Source: Dendrobates tinctorius (lineage: Eukaryota). From it: a DNA stretch of 64,000 nucleotides. Position numbers and translations under genes: made by a program. Shown piece after piece: positions 62,164-64,000 of the stretch. Below the pieces are notes generated by a model. That model saw only the letters and a program-made list of their open reading frames with translations, had not been told where the DNA came from and searched no databases. The DNA is taken from positions 496,001 to 560,000 of the forward strand of contig NW_027362082.1 of the NCBI RefSeq assembly GCF_039654945.1, in the 5' to 3' direction. The number at the start of each line of letters is the position of its first letter. Within the stretch, counting starts at the first letter, position 1.

Positions 62164-64000
62164 GCACAGTGAGTGGCCCCAGATAATGCTGCACAGTGAG
62201 TGGACCCAGATAATGCTGCACAGTGAGTGGCCCCAGATAATGCTGCACAGTGAGTGGCCTCAGATAATTCTGCACAGTGTGTGGCCCCAGATAATGCTGC
62301 ACAGTGAGTGGCCCCAGATAATGCTGCACAGTGAGTGGCCCCAGATAATGCTGCACAGTGAGTGGCCCCAGATAATGCTGCACAGTGAGTGGCCCCAGAT
62401 AATGCTGCACAGTGAGTGGCCCCAGATAATGCTGCACAGTGAGTGGCCCCAGATAATGCTGCACAGTGAGTGGCCCCAGATAATGCTGCACAGTGAGTGG
62501 CCCCAGATAATGCTGCACAGTGAGTGGCCCCAGATAATGCTGCACAGTGAGTGGCCCCAGATAATGCTGCACAGTGAGTGGCCCCAGATAATGCTGCACA
62601 GTGAGTGGCCCCAGATAATGCTGCACAGTGAGTGGCCCCAGATAATGCTGCACAGTGAGTGGCCCCAGATAATGCTGCACAGTGAGTGGCCCCAGATAAT
62701 GCTGCACAGTGAGTGGCCCCAGATAATGCTGCACAGTGAGTGGCCCCAGATAATGCTGCACAGTGAGTGGCCCCAGATAATGCTGCACAGTGAGTGGCCC
62801 CAGATAATGCTGCACAGTGAGTGGCCCCAGATAATGCTGCACAGTGAGTGGCCCCAGATAATGCTGCACAGTGAGTGGCCCCAGATAATGCTGCACAGTG
62901 AGTGGCCCCAGATAATGCTGCACAGTGAGTGGCCCCAGATAATGCTGCACAGTGAGTGGCCCCAGATAATGCTGCACAGTGAGTGGCCCCAGATAATGCT
63001 GCACAGTGAGTGGCCCCAGATAATGCTGCACAGTGAGTGGCCCCAGATAATGCTGCACAGTGAGTGGCCCCAGATAATGCTGCACAGTGAGTGGCCCCAG
63101 ATAATGCTGCACAGTGAGTGGCCCCAGATAATGCTGCACAGTGAGTGGCCCCAGATAATGCTGCACAGTGAGTGGCCCCAGATAATGCTGCACAGTGAGT
63201 GGCCCCAGATAATGCTGCACAGTGAGTGGCCCCAGATAATGCTGCACAGTGAGTGGCCCCAGATAATGCTGCACAGTGAGTGGCCCCAGATAATGCTGCA
63301 CAGTGAGTGGCCCCAGATAATGCTGCACAGTGAGTGGCCCCAGATAATGCTGCACAGTGAGTGGCCCCAGATAATGCTGCACAGTGAGTGGCCCCAGATA
63401 ATGCTGCACAGTGAGTGGCCCCAGATAATGCTGCACAGTGAGTGGCCCCAGTTAATGCTGCATAGTGAGTGGCCCCAGATAATGCTGCACAGTGTGTGGC
63501 CCCAGATAATGCTGCACAGTGAGTGGCCCCAGATAATGCTGCACAGTGAGTGGCCCCAGATAATGCTGCACAGTGAGTGGCCCCAGTTATGCTGCATAGT
63601 GAGTGGCCCCAGATAATGCTGCACAGTGAGTGGCCCCAGATAATGATACACAGTGAGTGGACCCAGATAATGCTGCACAGTGAGAGGCCCATATAATGCT
63701 GCACAGTGAGTGGCCCCAGATAATGAGGACAGCGAGTGGCCCCAGATATTGATACACAGTGAGTGGCCACAGATAATGCTGCACAGTGAGTGGCCCCAGA
63801 TAATGCTGCACAGTGAGTGGCCCCAGATAATGCTGCACAGTGAGTGGCCCCAGTTATGCTGCACAGTGAGTGGCCCCAGTTATGCTGCACAGTGAGTGGC
63901 CCCAGATAATGCTGCACAGTGAGTGGCCCCAGATAATGCTGTACAGTGACTGGCCCCAGATAATGCTGTACAGTGACTGGCCCCAGATAATGCTGCACAG
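62164..64000. repeat. 27-bp minisatellite, ~68 units, runs off the window
   Basis: Unit GCACAGTGAGTGGCCCCAGATAATGCT. Confidence 0.98.

Noticed and set aside
62021-63998. 470-640-aa repetitive ORFs
   Set aside because: Translations of the 27-bp satellite (9-aa period).

Overview
Eukaryotic, repeat-dense DNA, inferred to be anuran (frog) from the XlCOF/XlCGF-like KRAB-C2H2 genes, T2/Kolobok MITEs and frog-type Tc1/piggyBac families. It is a KRAB zinc-finger gene cluster overrun by transposons. (i) A minus-strand KRAB gene has five intact coding exons (10670-9608). Its last intron holds a same-strand piggyBac element with an uninterrupted 584-aa transposase (1874-3628; DDD triad and C-terminal Cys-rich domain present). 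(ii) A head-to-head plus-strand paralog (29005-30102 plus C2H2 exon 39739-40541) carries frame-breaking deletions. (iii) A ~7-10 kb tandem duplication copied the C2H2 exon (52346-53580) and exposes several empty/filled insertion-site pairs. The rest is non-autonomous piggyBacs with internal ~390-bp arrays, four Tc1 relics, solo LTRs with 6-bp TSDs, L1/L2 fragments, Penelope-like inserts with hammerhead-like motifs, MITEs and two minisatellites (32 bp and 27 bp). Top candidate: a splice acceptor just upstream of the transposase is in phase with the last KRAB exon, predicting a ~809-aa KRAB-piggyBac host-transposase fusion. This rests on hand-read splice sites and needs transcript evidence.
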